Source: a virus
Lineage: Duplodnaviria > Caudoviricetes
Length of the DNA stretch: 64,000 nt
Strand: one strand, 5' to 3'
Virus record (IMG/VR): IMGVR_UViG_3300011217_000001
Span: 166,358 to 230,357 of that record
Shown: positions 18,273-28,251 of the stretch, one piece after another
Layout: every line of letters starts with the position of its first letter
Numbering within the stretch: position 1 is the first letter of the stretch
Notes under the pieces: generated by a model
Told to the model about the DNA's origin: nothing
Database searches by the model: none
The model's input: only the letters and a program-made list of their open reading frames with translations
Program-made: the position numbers and the translations under genes

Positions 18273-19307
18273 ATGGGTACATATCAAGAGGATATCAACC
18301 TGATCTCACAAGGATCAGGCCTTGGTTCCTTCAGCCGAGCATCGAGTGATGCGTTGTACGGCATCAACCATCGCGGCTTGGGCAATCCGATCCCCCTGAA
18401 TACCGACAATCAGGGTCTGATCTTTTTCACCAGGCCTTTGTTGAATCTTGCTTACGACAACGTTGCATCGTGCCGCCAGCTGACACCTCTTTTGACGCCT
18501 GAGGAATACAGCTACCAGCGGGCCATCCGCAGCCTGCTTGATCCGTGGGGTAATGGACCTGAACACCCCGGGATCCGTAAGGCCGTGAATACCCCTCTGG
18601 TCGATCCGAAGCAAGCGTTCATAACGCCGCTGACCAACCACCTCCTCAGTCTGACGGGGTGGCCTGATCAAGAGCTCGATACGTTCACTTCGAAACCGGG
18701 TGCGCACCGGGAAGTTTACACGATGGCCGATGGCATCTCGCGTGACTTCTCAGCCTTCCCACTCACTGCAACTTACCGCAATGTGACAGGCGACCCTATA
18801 ACATTGCTGTATTACGTGTGGATGAAGTACATCGCCGAAGTAACGCAAGGGACGATGCTGCCGTATCCGCAGATGGTGCTGGAAAACGAGATCGACTACA
18901 TGACGCGAATCTATCGCCTCGTGCTCGATCCCACGCGCCAGTACGTGCAGCGAATCACTGCCTGCGCAGGCGCTTTCCCCACGGCCAATCCGCTGGGCGC
19001 GGTGTTCAACTTCAATGCCGATCAGGCCATGAGTCAGGACAGTAAGGAGATCGCAGTTCGTTTCCAGTGCGTTGGTTACGAGCCGTACGACCCGATCCTG
19101 TTTGTGGAGTTCAACTCCACTGTCTGCTTCTTCAACCGCGACATGTTCGACGGTACTCGCGAAGAGAAGATGCAGCGTCTGACCAAGGCTGAGTTGGTCT
19201 ATTTCAATTACAGAGGCTATCCTCGAATCGATCCGAAGTCTGGCCGCCTTGAATGGTGGGTCACCAAGCTCGATTATGAAGATGCCAAGAGGAGACTGCT
19301 GTCGTGA
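18273..19307 (+). CDS. Virion structural protein, phiKZ gp88-like (tube-related baseplate protein)
   Basis: GINHRG...GLIFFTRPLLNL and EIDYMTRIYRLVLD; transcribed divergently from gp89 as in phiKZ. Confidence 0.7.
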   Translation: MGTYQEDINLISQGSGLGSFSRASSDALYGINHRGLGNPIPLNTDNQGLIFFTRPLLNLAYDNVASCRQLTPLLTPEEYSYQRAIRSLLDPWGNGPEHPGIRKAVNTPLVDPKQAFITPLTNHLLSLTGWPDQELDTFTSKPGAHREVYTMADGISRDFSAFPLTATYRNVTGDPITLLYYVWMKYIAEVTQGTMLPYPQMVLENEIDYMTRIYRLVLDPTRQYVQRITACAGAFPTANPLGAVFNFNADQAMSQDSKEIAVRFQCVGYEPYDPILFVEFNSTVCFFNRDMFDGTREEKMQRLTKAELVYFNYRGYPRIDPKSGRLEWWVTKLDYEDAKRRLLS

Positions 19308-22213
19308 ATTCGAGCGATGTTCTGGTGCTGTTGGACAAGGCACGTTACAACCCTGGCGCCATGTTCGAAGTTGGTATCGACATGCTGGAGCAGGCCAACA
19401 GCGGCGAGCTGGTGTTCGTCGACGCCAGCCAGCCGGCTGTGCAGGTCATCGAGATGGCCGCTACTCTGGCCGCTTCGAGCATGCATGAAAGTGCTGCCAA
19501 CACGCGTCGTCAGTTCGCCCGAATGGCATTGGACGAGGAAGAGCTGTACCTGCACATGTCCGACAAGGACTACATCGGCCGCTGGGCTACCCCGGCACGT
19601 ACCACGATCACCGTGGCGATGGCCTTGGAAGAAGTTCTGGCACGCGCTGTCCCGACCGGTGTGAATGGCGTGCAGAAGATGGTCATCCCGCGCAACACCG
19701 AGTTCGTGGTGGCGGGCGTGACCTTCTCGATGCAGTACCCGATCGAGATCCGCATCAACAGCGCTGGCACCGAACGCGTGGTCTACGACGTAACCCGCCC
19801 GTCTCCGCTCATGCCGTTGTCCACCAACCTGCTCAAGACGTGGAAGAGCAGTGCGCAGGGCGGGATCGAGATGCTGTTCATCGAAATCCCCGTGATGCAG
19901 ATGAAGGTGACCAGCAGCAACTTCACCGTCAGTAAGGCCGTGCCGACCAGTGGTGCGATCTCCTTCGCTGGCAGCTACTACGCCACCCGTGCCTATCACC
20001 GTTCCGGTGACGGTCCGTGGGAAGAGATCCCCACGACCGAAACCCGCCAGGTGTTCGACCCGGCTCAGCCGACCCTGTCGCTGCAGGTGTTCTCCGATCG
20101 AGTCAAGTACGCGGTGCCGGAGGTCTACTCCACGGCCGGCACGATCAAGAAGCAGCTGCGTGTGGATGTCTACTCCACCGAAGGCGAGCTGTCGATGATC
20201 CTGTCCAACTACGAGTCCGACGCGTTCGATTATCGCTGGCAGGATTTCGACAACGACGACAACGGCCTGTACTGGGCAGCGCTGGAGAACATCTCCACGC
20301 TGCTGGTCTTCTCCGACGAAGTGGTCACAGGTGGCAGCGGTGCCAAGCCGTTCGAGGTGTTGCGTGAGCAGGTCATGATGAATGCCCACGGCGCTTCCAA
20401 TCAGCCGATCACCCCGTGGCAGATCATCTCCACGCTGACCAACGAGGGTTACTCCTCGGTGAAGACCGTGGACAACCTGACCCGCCGTATCTACAAGACC
20501 TCCCGTCCTCTGCCGTTGCCGGAAGATGGTTCGGTGCTCAGTCCCATCGGCGCAGGTATCATGACCTTCCAGCAGTCGCTGGATGGCCTGAAGAACTACC
20601 CCGGCGTCAAGGACAACGGTGAGCGCGTCACCCTGACCCCGAGCATTCTGTACAAGCTCGACAATGGTCTGGTCAAGATCGTGGAGCAGGACGAGCTGAA
20701 CATGGTCAACGGGGCGATCCCGGAAACCAAGGCTCGCTTGATCAACGCCGAGCGTTACTTGTACAGTCCGTACCACTACGTGTTGGACATCACCGGCAAC
20801 GTGTTCGACGCTCGCGGCTATTACCTGGACAACCCGTCCATCGACAGCCGCAACTTCATCGCCGAGAACGATACGCTGGGGATGACCATCTCCACTGAGA
20901 GCTTCGACATCGAGCGCACCGAGAAGGGTTACCGCATCACCGTGGTCACCGCGTCGAGCGAAGAAGCGCTGGCTCTGCCGGATGAAAGCGTCCATGCACA
21001 GCTGAGCTTCCAGCCGACCGGTGAGAGCGGCCGTGCGTACCTCAACGGCGTGCTGGACGTCAAGCTGGCCAGTGGCGAACGTGCGTTCGTGTTCGAGCTG
21101 GAAAGCAACCTGGACATCAACGCCAACGACGACATGTACCTGACCAACTTCCAGATGTTCGGTGGAAGCACCCGTCCGGTTCCTGTCTCGCTGACCGAGA
21201 GCTTCGATCTGTTCTACGTGCTGAGCGACTTCCGTCCTGTGGATGCGCTGAACACGGATATCGATCTGCTCATGTCCAAGGAGATGCTGCCGGAAGACGC
21301 CATCGGTCTGACCCATGAGAAGTTCAACACCAACATGGGCAGTGCGCTGGACGGTCTGTGGACGGCTTCGCGTTCTGTGACTTCCTCGGAAGATTACAAG
21401 CGCTACGCCGCTGACGTACCTTGGACCTACGAGGAACCGGAGTTCGAGCGCGATCCCAACACTGGCACGATTCTGTACGATGTCGTCAACGGCGAGATCA
21501 AGTACCGGATGCTGCATGCCAAGGGTGAGGTCCGTCTGGATGACGACGGCAAGCCGATGATCCGCTTCATGAAGGGCGACGTCATGCGTGATGCCGACGG
21601 CAACCCGATCGTCGAATCCACCCGCAAGATGACCCGTCAGGTTGACCTGTTCTTCTTGGATGGCAAGTACTGGTTCGCAACCAACCAGGCTTCGCTGGAC
21701 TACCGTGACAGCACTGCGCAGACCGTGGTTCGTTGGCTCACTACCGACATTGCCACCATCCGTGCCAAGTTGCTGGAAGGCACCGAGCTGTACTTCGCCC
21801 CGCAGACCACGCTGGGCAACGTGCAGGTCATGGTGGAGGAAGGTCTGGTCTCGACCATCCCGGCCGAGCAGGGTCTGCGTGTTGGCCTGTACCTGGGCCG
21901 TGCGGAGTACGCCGACGCTCGACTGCGTGAGTCGCTGACGCGTTCGATCAAGCTGGTCATCGCTGATCGCATGATTCAGACCCGCGTGGCAATCGACGAC
22001 ATCCTCGACAAGCTGCGTGAGGAGATCGGCAACGAAGCGATCGCATTCAGTGTGTCCGGGTTGGGTGGTGCAAACAACTTCCCACTCGTCACGCTGATGG
22101 ACGATACTCTGCGTTGCTCTGTCCGCAAGCGTGTTGTCACCAAGAGCGATGATACCCTGGCGGTGGAGGACGACGTGCAGATCGATCCGCTGCGTCACAC
22201 GGTCGCCAAGTAA
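19304..22213 (+). CDS. Large virion protein, phiKZ gp87-like (putative baseplate wedge)
   Basis: 969 aa; LYLHMSDKDYIGRWATP and FSMQYPIEIR; GTGA overlap with the upstream stop. Confidence 0.75.
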   Translation: MNSSDVLVLLDKARYNPGAMFEVGIDMLEQANSGELVFVDASQPAVQVIEMAATLAASSMHESAANTRRQFARMALDEEELYLHMSDKDYIGRWATPARTTITVAMALEEVLARAVPTGVNGVQKMVIPRNTEFVVAGVTFSMQYPIEIRINSAGTERVVYDVTRPSPLMPLSTNLLKTWKSSAQGGIEMLFIEIPVMQMKVTSSNFTVSKAVPTSGAISFAGSYYATRAYHRSGDGPWEEIPTTETRQVFDPAQPTLSLQVFSDRVKYAVPEVYSTAGTIKKQLRVDVYSTEGELSMILSNYESDAFDYRWQDFDNDDNGLYWAALENISTLLVFSDEVVTGGSGAKPFEVLREQVMMNAHGASNQPITPWQIISTLTNEGYSSVKTVDNLTRRIYKTSRPLPLPEDGSVLSPIGAGIMTFQQSLDGLKNYPGVKDNGERVTLTPSILYKLDNGLVKIVEQDELNMVNGAIPETKARLINAERYLYSPYHYVLDITGNVFDARGYYLDNPSIDSRNFIAENDTLGMTISTESFDIERTEKGYRITVVTASSEEALALPDESVHAQLSFQPTGESGRAYLNGVLDVKLASGERAFVFELESNLDINANDDMYLTNFQMFGGSTRPVPVSLTESFDLFYVLSDFRPVDALNTDIDLLMSKEMLPEDAIGLTHEKFNTNMGSALDGLWTASRSVTSSEDYKRYAADVPWTYEEPEFERDPNTGTILYDVVNGEIKYRMLHAKGEVRLDDDGKPMIRFMKGDVMRDADGNPIVESTRKMTRQVDLFFLDGKYWFATNQASLDYRDSTAQTVVRWLTTDIATIRAKLLEGTELYFAPQTTLGNVQVMVEEGLVSTIPAEQGLRVGLYLGRAEYADARLRESLTRSIKLVIADRMIQTRVAIDDILDKLREEIGNEAIAFSVSGLGGANNFPLVTLMDDTLRCSVRKRVVTKSDDTLAVEDDVQIDPLRHTVAK

Positions 22214-22254
22214 GGGCATATCGGGAGGGGCTTTCGCCCCTCCCTCTATGTCGC
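22214..22254. terminator. Bidirectional hairpin between convergent genes
   Basis: GGGCATA-TC-GGGAGGGGC-TTTC-GCCCCTCCC-TC-TATGTCG; no U-tract on either side. Confidence 0.7.
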
Positions 22255-23505
22255 TTAGAAACGACGCATGCGGCGCTTCAGTTCAGCGGTGATCTTCGCA
22301 ACACGACCACGCAGTTCAGCATCGTCGGATGCTACGGCCAGCTTGTTCAGCTCGGAGAAGAAGGCCAACATGCGGTTCAGCGAGAGCGTGAGCAGGCGAC
22401 GACGAGCCGCTGCCATCACTTCCACTGCATTCCACATGACCACCAGAGCACGGGTCTCTTCGGTGATGTTCTTCAGCGCCTTGCTGTAGGTGGAGGCCAC
22501 CCGTGGATCGGACGAGGTGGTCTTCTCCACCGACTTCAGCTTGCGGGCAGCCGCGTTCAGACGAACGGCACCGCGCAGCGAGCTTTCCATCGGGCCGTAG
22601 ACCGAACGGGTCACGAACGCACCATCGACCACACGCTTGACCAGACGATCGATATCGTCCACGGCGACGGGCTGCTGATCCAGCTTGGTGACGGACTGGA
22701 AGATCGCGTTGGCCACCGGCAGGATGTCCGAGTGGATCGACTCGGCCACGAACACACCCGAGGTCACTTCACCGGGGAAGGAGAACATCGGGATCGGACG
22801 GGCGATCTCATCGAGCATGTCCACCAGCACGTCGTTGGAACGCTGGTCGCCTTCACGCACGGTCTGGCCGGAGAGGCGGATGTAGTTGGAGATCTTCTCG
22901 CTGAGCTTCTCCTCCCACTGGTCCAGCTTCTCCCAGCAGGTGCCGAGGAAGGTGGAGTACGGACCGCTGGTCAGCAGGTCTTCGTGGATGGCGCGCATCT
23001 GGCTGAGCATCTCACGATCGTTGCCCAGACGCTTGCGGATCTCCTGCAGCGGCGTACCCTGGAACAGCGGCTCGACTTCTTCCATGGCCTCGCCGAGCGC
23101 CATGACGTTGTTGACCACGACCGAGGTCTTGGCTTCCTTGGTACGGTTGGAGCGGAAATACTCCACCATCCACATAGTCAACTTGATGAGCAGGGCAGCA
23201 GCCACACCCACCAGCGCGCCGATCAGGACAGCCTGGCCGACAGTAATCGCTTCCTGCGCCACCTTCAGGTTGGTGGTCGAGGGTTCCTTGGTGAAGCTCT
23301 TGACCGGAATGCGGCCGAGCTCGATGGCGTGCTCGACGACGAGCTGTTCGGCCATTTCCATCGAGATACCGCCGACTTCAGCGATGCGCTCGATATGACC
23401 GCGCAGTGCTTCCATCGAGGTTTCGATGTCTTCGATCTGGGTCTGCTCTTCAGCGCCGAGGTCTTCGGGGAGCAGGGTGCTTTCTTCGAGGTCAGTAACG
23501 TCCAT
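22255..23505 (-). CDS. Internal head protein, phiKZ gp86-like
   Basis: Acidic N-terminus with SME/AQE sites, followed by the hydrophobic helix AVLIGALVGVAAALLIKL. Confidence 0.65.
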   Translation of the reverse strand: MDVTDLEESTLLPEDLGAEEQTQIEDIETSMEALRGHIERIAEVGGISMEMAEQLVVEHAIELGRIPVKSFTKEPSTTNLKVAQEAITVGQAVLIGALVGVAAALLIKLTMWMVEYFRSNRTKEAKTSVVVNNVMALGEAMEEVEPLFQGTPLQEIRKRLGNDREMLSQMRAIHEDLLTSGPYSTFLGTCWEKLDQWEEKLSEKISNYIRLSGQTVREGDQRSNDVLVDMLDEIARPIPMFSFPGEVTSGVFVAESIHSDILPVANAIFQSVTKLDQQPVAVDDIDRLVKRVVDGAFVTRSVYGPMESSLRGAVRLNAAARKLKSVEKTTSSDPRVASTYSKALKNITEETRALVVMWNAVEVMAAARRRLLTLSLNRMLAFFSELNKLAVASDDAELRGRVAKITAELKRRMRRF

Positions 23506-23963
23506 CAGAACTTCTCGCCTTGTTTGGTGGTGTGCTCTTCGAAACGACGGACCAGGAAACGAATCTGGCGCTGACGCTTCTCATCGCGGAGGGAGTTGAC
23601 GAGATCGAAGCTGATCTCGCCCAGGGTGCCGGAGCTGAGCGCCTGCTCCAGGGCGATGATCGCCGAGGGGTGGCTGGGTTCGTACACCATGCGGTAGCGG
23701 GTTTTCCAGAGGCCCATGGTCAGGCTCTGGATGGCCGGTACGTTCAGGGGCTCGCGCTCGTTGACCTTGGAGATGATGCGGTTGGTCTCGTCCCGGAAGT
23801 TCTGGACGAAGTACGACTCCACGTTCTCCACCGGACCAGACGGCAGTGCCAGTGCGTATGCCATTGCCAGGGCAAGCGCGGCGGTGACCACCTCCAGACG
23901 CTCCTTGCCCATCAGGCCGTCGCAGTCCAGAGCCATGGTCACCGAGTCAGGGATGCCGTCCAT
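23505..23963 (-). CDS. phiKZ gp85-like protein
   Basis: Coupled TGATG overlaps on both sides; synteny. Confidence 0.6.
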   Translation of the reverse strand: MDGIPDSVTMALDCDGLMGKERLEVVTAALALAMAYALALPSGPVENVESYFVQNFRDETNRIISKVNEREPLNVPAIQSLTMGLWKTRYRMVYEPSHPSAIIALEQALSSGTLGEISFDLVNSLRDEKRQRQIRFLVRRFEEHTTKQGEKF

Positions 23964-25270
23964 CAGTTGTTCACCTTCAGTTTGAGTTGGAGTTCGGTGG
24001 AGGTGACGAACAGTCGCGAACGACCGAGCTTCTCCAGTTCACGCTGGGCAGCTACGGCATTGCGTTGACTGCGCGCACGCAGGGAGAAGAAGTTGACGAT
24101 CCGGGAAACCACCGTCTCTTCGGTGCGCACCGCTGAAACGAGCTGACGGGTGGTGTGCAGATCACGCACGAGCTGCTCGACCTTGGAGCGTGGCAGGTTG
24201 CCCTTACGCAGACGACCGATCATGTCACGCTCGATCGCTGCCAGACGCGCTGGAAGGTCTTCGTAGTTACCCAGGTCACGCTTACCATAGAGCAGCGAGC
24301 CGATGGCCGTGGCGATCGCCAGAGGGCCACTGAAGCTGAACGCCATCATGGTGAGCAGCATGCGGGGCAATGCCTGGTACATCGAGGCGAAGTATTCGTA
24401 ACCGAACAGCAGTGCAGAGCCTGCGGTAGAACGACCGAACGAAGACTTGCTGATCTTGACCAGTGCCGAGGCCAGCTCGGCGCCCACACCCATGCGAGAT
24501 GCGTACTGGTCAGCCAACGACTCGATGGCGAAGTTGTCGTAGGTTGGATTGCCCATCTCCGAGCGGATGCGATCGGTGACAGCGGTGATCACCATCACTT
24601 CCACCACGCCCGGATCGGTAGCTGCTGCGACACCATTGGGATCGCTGAGCTTGACGTTCAGGGTCTTCTCCAGCTGCGCCACCAGCTTGAAGCGGATGGT
24701 ACGATCTTCGGTCTGGGCAAAGCCTTCCTTGATCGCTGCCATTGCGTAGTTGGTACGCGTGCTTTCGGCCAGGTACTCCATGTAGGTAAACGGGTGACCC
24801 AGTTCATGCAGCAGGATCGCCACGCGCTCTATGGGAGTGAGGTCGAGTTTGAACCAGCCGGTGGCAAACACGACGTCCACGTCGATCTCGGAGAACACGC
24901 CGGAGACGCGACCGGTCTTGAGATTGACCTCGCCTTCGATCATGTTGCCGACTTCTTCGATCTTCTTCAGCGCTTCCCAGTTGGCCCACTTCTGCGGGGA
25001 GGGCGCGGGGAACCAGGAGTGACCATTTCGCAGTGCCGGGATCAGTACGAAGGCGTCGATGCACTGGCTTTCAAAGACGGAGAAACGGATCTTCATTCCC
25101 GTCAGATCGAAGACCAGTTTGGTCAGTCCCGATTCGTCCAGCTGTCGACCATCGCGAACGGGCACTTCCATCGCCTTGGTGAAGGCGGCGGCCATCTGTT
25201 CGAGTACATGGGGATTGTTCTGGAAGTCGATTGCTTCCTGACTGAGCAACCAGTCGCCGAGGGCGGCCAT
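23963..25270 (-). CDS. Virion zinc metallopeptidase-like protein (M48-like; phiKZ gp83/84 family)
   Basis: AILLHELGH is an HExxH motif; ESLADQYASRMG.GAELASALVKI; an LSQE processing-type site lies near the N-terminus. Confidence 0.75.
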   Translation of the reverse strand: MAALGDWLLSQEAIDFQNNPHVLEQMAAAFTKAMEVPVRDGRQLDESGLTKLVFDLTGMKIRFSVFESQCIDAFVLIPALRNGHSWFPAPSPQKWANWEALKKIEEVGNMIEGEVNLKTGRVSGVFSEIDVDVVFATGWFKLDLTPIERVAILLHELGHPFTYMEYLAESTRTNYAMAAIKEGFAQTEDRTIRFKLVAQLEKTLNVKLSDPNGVAAATDPGVVEVMVITAVTDRIRSEMGNPTYDNFAIESLADQYASRMGVGAELASALVKISKSSFGRSTAGSALLFGYEYFASMYQALPRMLLTMMAFSFSGPLAIATAIGSLLYGKRDLGNYEDLPARLAAIERDMIGRLRKGNLPRSKVEQLVRDLHTTRQLVSAVRTEETVVSRIVNFFSLRARSQRNAVAAQRELEKLGRSRLFVTSTELQLKLKVNN

Positions 25271-25355
25271 AGGGGTTCCTTTGGATCTCTGTGATTATTT
25301 ACTGCTCATAGTGATAGTATAGCCTCAGGAAAAGCGGTACGCAGCGGAGCTTTAA

Positions 25356-27101
25356 ATGACACAGATTAAGCAGGAAGACATCCTCGGTTTGGAATGTAAA
25401 CACGCCGTTTACTGCCACCCGAAAGATGCTCCGTTCGACCTTCTGGTCGTCAAGGAGAAGGTGTACTTGAAGGATGGTCGCGTCGTTCCGCGTATCCGTC
25501 GCTTCAAGGATTACCCGCGTGACTTCTACGTCACCAAGCCGAACTTCCGCAACCACACCGACAAGAAGGAGTGGGAGGACATCGACAAGCTGCAGAAGTA
25601 CACCACGCCTCAGCACAAGCTGCTGGCCAGTGTATCCAAGGCGCTTGGTCGCGGCATGATTCAAGGAGGCATGCCGATTGCTGGTATGTCCCCGTATCTG
25701 TACGGCACCGACATCACCACCCCGGTGCTGCTGAAGCACAGTTACCGCAAGCAGTGGCCGGAGTACATCAGGGACAACCTGGTGGCCACGCTCGACATTG
25801 AAACGGACGTTGTTCACGGGACCGAGGAAATTGTCTCGATCACGCTGGCGTGTAAGGAGAACGTGATTCTCTGCGTCAAGGACTCGTTCGTCGAACACAT
25901 CCCTGAGCCAGAGAAGGCTCTGCAGAACGCGATGGAAACCTACCTCGGCGAGGTCAAGAAGGCACGCAACATCAACTTGCAGGTCCACTTCGGTAAGACG
26001 CCGGGTGAGCTGATCAAGAAGATCTTCGAGCGTGCTCACGAGATCTCGCCTGACATCATCGCCATCTGGAACATCAACTTCGACTTACCCAAGATCCTGT
26101 CTGCTCTGGACAAGGAGCGCATCAATGCAGCTGATGTGTTCTCTGATCCGAGCGTGCCTCCGGCATTCCGCTTCGTCAAGTACGTAGAAGGTCGGGCCAA
26201 GCAGCAGACCGCAACGGGCGCACTGAAGCCGATCCACCCTGCCGACCGCTGGCACAAGATGGAATGTCCCTCTGCGTTTGTCTTCCTTGACGCCATGTGC
26301 GTTTACAAGAAGCTGCGCGTGACCAAGGGTAACGAGACCAGCTACCGACTCGATCACATCCTCAACAAGAACCTGGGTGTGCGCAAGTTGAACTTCGATG
26401 TGGCCGACCACTTGAAGGGGCTGGACTGGCACAAGTTCATGCAGAGCAAGTACCCGATCGAGTACTGCATCTATAACGTGTTCGACTGCGTTGGTATGGA
26501 GATGCTCGATGATGAGACCAACGATCTGAAGCGAGTGATCTCGGTTCTGGTCGAGCACTCCGAGTACACCAAGTTCCCGTCTCAGCCCAAGCGTACCTGC
26601 GACGACTTGCACTTCTTCGTACAGAACGAGGGCAAGGTCATGGGCTCCACCGGTAAGGACATGGTGGATGAGAACGACAAGTTCGTGCTCGGTATGAACG
26701 ACTGGATCGTGACACTGCCTTCGTTCTTGGTCGACGATGGCCTGTGCCTGATCGAAGAGATGCCAAACCATCCCACCGCAATCTTCACTCACGTGGCAGA
26801 CTGCGACGCCGTCGGTACTTACCCGACGCTGGAAGTGGTGATGAACATCTCCAAGGAAACCACGTTGCGCGAGCTGTGTCAGATGCGCGACATTCCTGAA
26901 GACGTCCAACGTGCGCAGGGTATCAACCTCACTGGCGGTACGACCAATGCCATGGAGATCGTGCGTACGCTGTACAATGCACCGAGCATGGACACGCTCC
27001 TGCAGAACTTCAAGCGCGATCGTGGGTTGATCCAGAACCCGGACGTGCTGGACAACATCCATCGCATCGGCGAACGTGTACGTCAGGAAGAGCACGTGTA
27101 A
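25356..27101 (+). CDS. Split family-B DNA polymerase, 3'-5' exonuclease-containing subunit (phiKZ gp82-like)
   Basis: ExoI LDIETD, ExoII WNINFDLP, ExoIII YNVFDC and motif A-like DCDAVGTYP. Confidence 0.88.
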   Translation: MTQIKQEDILGLECKHAVYCHPKDAPFDLLVVKEKVYLKDGRVVPRIRRFKDYPRDFYVTKPNFRNHTDKKEWEDIDKLQKYTTPQHKLLASVSKALGRGMIQGGMPIAGMSPYLYGTDITTPVLLKHSYRKQWPEYIRDNLVATLDIETDVVHGTEEIVSITLACKENVILCVKDSFVEHIPEPEKALQNAMETYLGEVKKARNINLQVHFGKTPGELIKKIFERAHEISPDIIAIWNINFDLPKILSALDKERINAADVFSDPSVPPAFRFVKYVEGRAKQQTATGALKPIHPADRWHKMECPSAFVFLDAMCVYKKLRVTKGNETSYRLDHILNKNLGVRKLNFDVADHLKGLDWHKFMQSKYPIEYCIYNVFDCVGMEMLDDETNDLKRVISVLVEHSEYTKFPSQPKRTCDDLHFFVQNEGKVMGSTGKDMVDENDKFVLGMNDWIVTLPSFLVDDGLCLIEEMPNHPTAIFTHVADCDAVGTYPTLEVVMNISKETTLRELCQMRDIPEDVQRAQGINLTGGTTNAMEIVRTLYNAPSMDTLLQNFKRDRGLIQNPDVLDNIHRIGERVRQEEHV

Positions 27102-27102
27102 A

Positions 27103-27158
27103 GCAAAAAAAAAAGAGTAAGGCTACTGGGCTCCCCATGCGGGGAGCCCAGCTATGCC
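27103..27158. terminator. Bidirectional terminator
   Basis: CTGGGCTCCCC-ATGC-GGGGAGCCCAG stem with an A-run on the left (minus-strand U-tract) and CTATGCCG on the right. Confidence 0.7.
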
Positions 27159-27159
27159 G

Positions 27160-27594
27160 TTACAGCTTGTGGACGTTGTCGAAGATGTCGTTCAGGTGCA
27201 GGTTGCGGCAGCCGTCGATCACGTCCTGGTTCATGCGGCGACGCTGTGCGTTGATGACGTGCAGTTCCAGTTCGGTGTACTGCAGGAACTCAGCGTTGAA
27301 CTCGCGGTTCAGAGCGAAGCCACCGATCAGCGGGATGCACAGGTGAATGTGACCGAAGTACACAGCGACCAGGCACAGCAGGAAGGTGACGATGCCGACG
27401 ACGAAGTTCATCTGACCGATCCATTCCTTGCGGTCGGTCGGGGTGTCACGACCCATGGCAATGAACGCGAAGGCCAGGCGTTCGATGTTGGTCTTCATGT
27501 ACTTGCCAGGCTTGCCGCTCTTGAGCTGCCACAGGAAGTAGCCGGTGATTGCACAGCAGGCCAGCAGGGCGACGAAGATGATGTTGATGATCAT
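27160..27594 (-). CDS. Early multi-TM membrane protein
   Basis: AAGGAG SD; about 3 hydrophobic segments. Confidence 0.75.
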   Translation of the reverse strand: MIINIIFVALLACCAITGYFLWQLKSGKPGKYMKTNIERLAFAFIAMGRDTPTDRKEWIGQMNFVVGIVTFLLCLVAVYFGHIHLCIPLIGGFALNREFNAEFLQYTELELHVINAQRRRMNQDVIDGCRNLHLNDIFDNVHKL

Positions 27595-27644
27595 GGTGAA
27601 ACTCCTTGGATGGGTATTGCAGAAAGGGGATTGATGAGGTACGA

Positions 27645-27740
27645 TTATTCGTACTTGTTCATCTGGTGGAAGTTGAGGAGGTAGATGATGCCCGCAGCCA
27701 CGACGGCGCGGGATGAGACGCGCCAGATCAGGCTGTTCAT
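27645..27740 (-). CDS. 31-aa hydrophobic micro-protein (not in the ORF track)
   Basis: MNSLIWRVSSRAVVAAGIIYLLNFHQMNKYE*. The ATG directly follows the upstream TAA (TAACATG), implying translational coupling. Confidence 0.55.
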   Translation of the reverse strand: MNSLIWRVSSRAVVAAGIIYLLNFHQMNKYE

Positions 27741-27741
27741 G

Positions 27742-28017
27742 TTAGCGAGCTGCCGTCTTGCGGACAGCCTTCTTCGGAGCGGTCTTCTTGCCCTTCAGCT
27801 TTTCTGCGCGGAACTTGGCCAGGCTGGTGACGCCGCCGGTTGCTGCGAACTGCGCGGCCGGGGACAGGTTGACCTTGCCGATCTTGCTGATCTCGTCGCT
27901 GAAGGCAGCCATGGCCTTCTTTTCCTTGCGGTGGCGCACAACTGCGATACCGATCAGAGCAGCGCCGATGACAGCGGTGGCGATCAGAGCGTTGCGTTCG
28001 CTGGGATGCATGTCCAT
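27742..28017 (-). CDS. Early TM-anchored protein with a Lys/Ala-rich tail
   Basis: AAAGGA SD; ALIATAVIGAALIGIAVV; ends KLKGKKTAPKKAVRKTAAR. Confidence 0.75.
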   Translation of the reverse strand: MDMHPSERNALIATAVIGAALIGIAVVRHRKEKKAMAAFSDEISKIGKVNLSPAAQFAATGGVTSLAKFRAEKLKGKKTAPKKAVRKTAAR

Positions 28018-28030
28018 CTTGATTCCTTTC

Positions 28031-28213
28031 TTAGGCGTCAAACTTGTAGGAGGTGTTGCACAGGCGCTTGACCTGCGCATTGCGGGTGGTGTTCTTGTAT
28101 TGCTGTTCTGCGTTGAAGCGACGGGCGCGTTCACGCAGCTCCCAGTCGGAGATGCCGCCAATGGCGTTCACGAGTTCGCGGCGGTTCTGTTCAATACGTT
28201 CGTCAAGGCTCAT
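28031..28213 (-). CDS. Early small hypothetical protein
   Basis: MSLDERIEQNRRELV...; TAGGA SD. Confidence 0.6.
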   Translation of the reverse strand: MSLDERIEQNRRELVNAIGGISDWELRERARRFNAEQQYKNTTRNAQVKRLCNTSYKFDA

Positions 28214-28251
28214 CGGGGGCATTCCTAAGGAAGTGGGGGAGGGGTGTTGCG

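Noticed and set aside
19274-22219. Very long antisense ORFs (e.g. 19274..22219 -, 13788..15899 +, 16119..18089 +, 31581..33878 +, 41242..43275 +, 60447..62225 +, 1..1104 +)
   Set aside because: They are codon-register mirrors of real genes. High-GC3 usage avoids TTA/CTA/TCA, so the opposite strand lacks stops, and the translations have no motifs.
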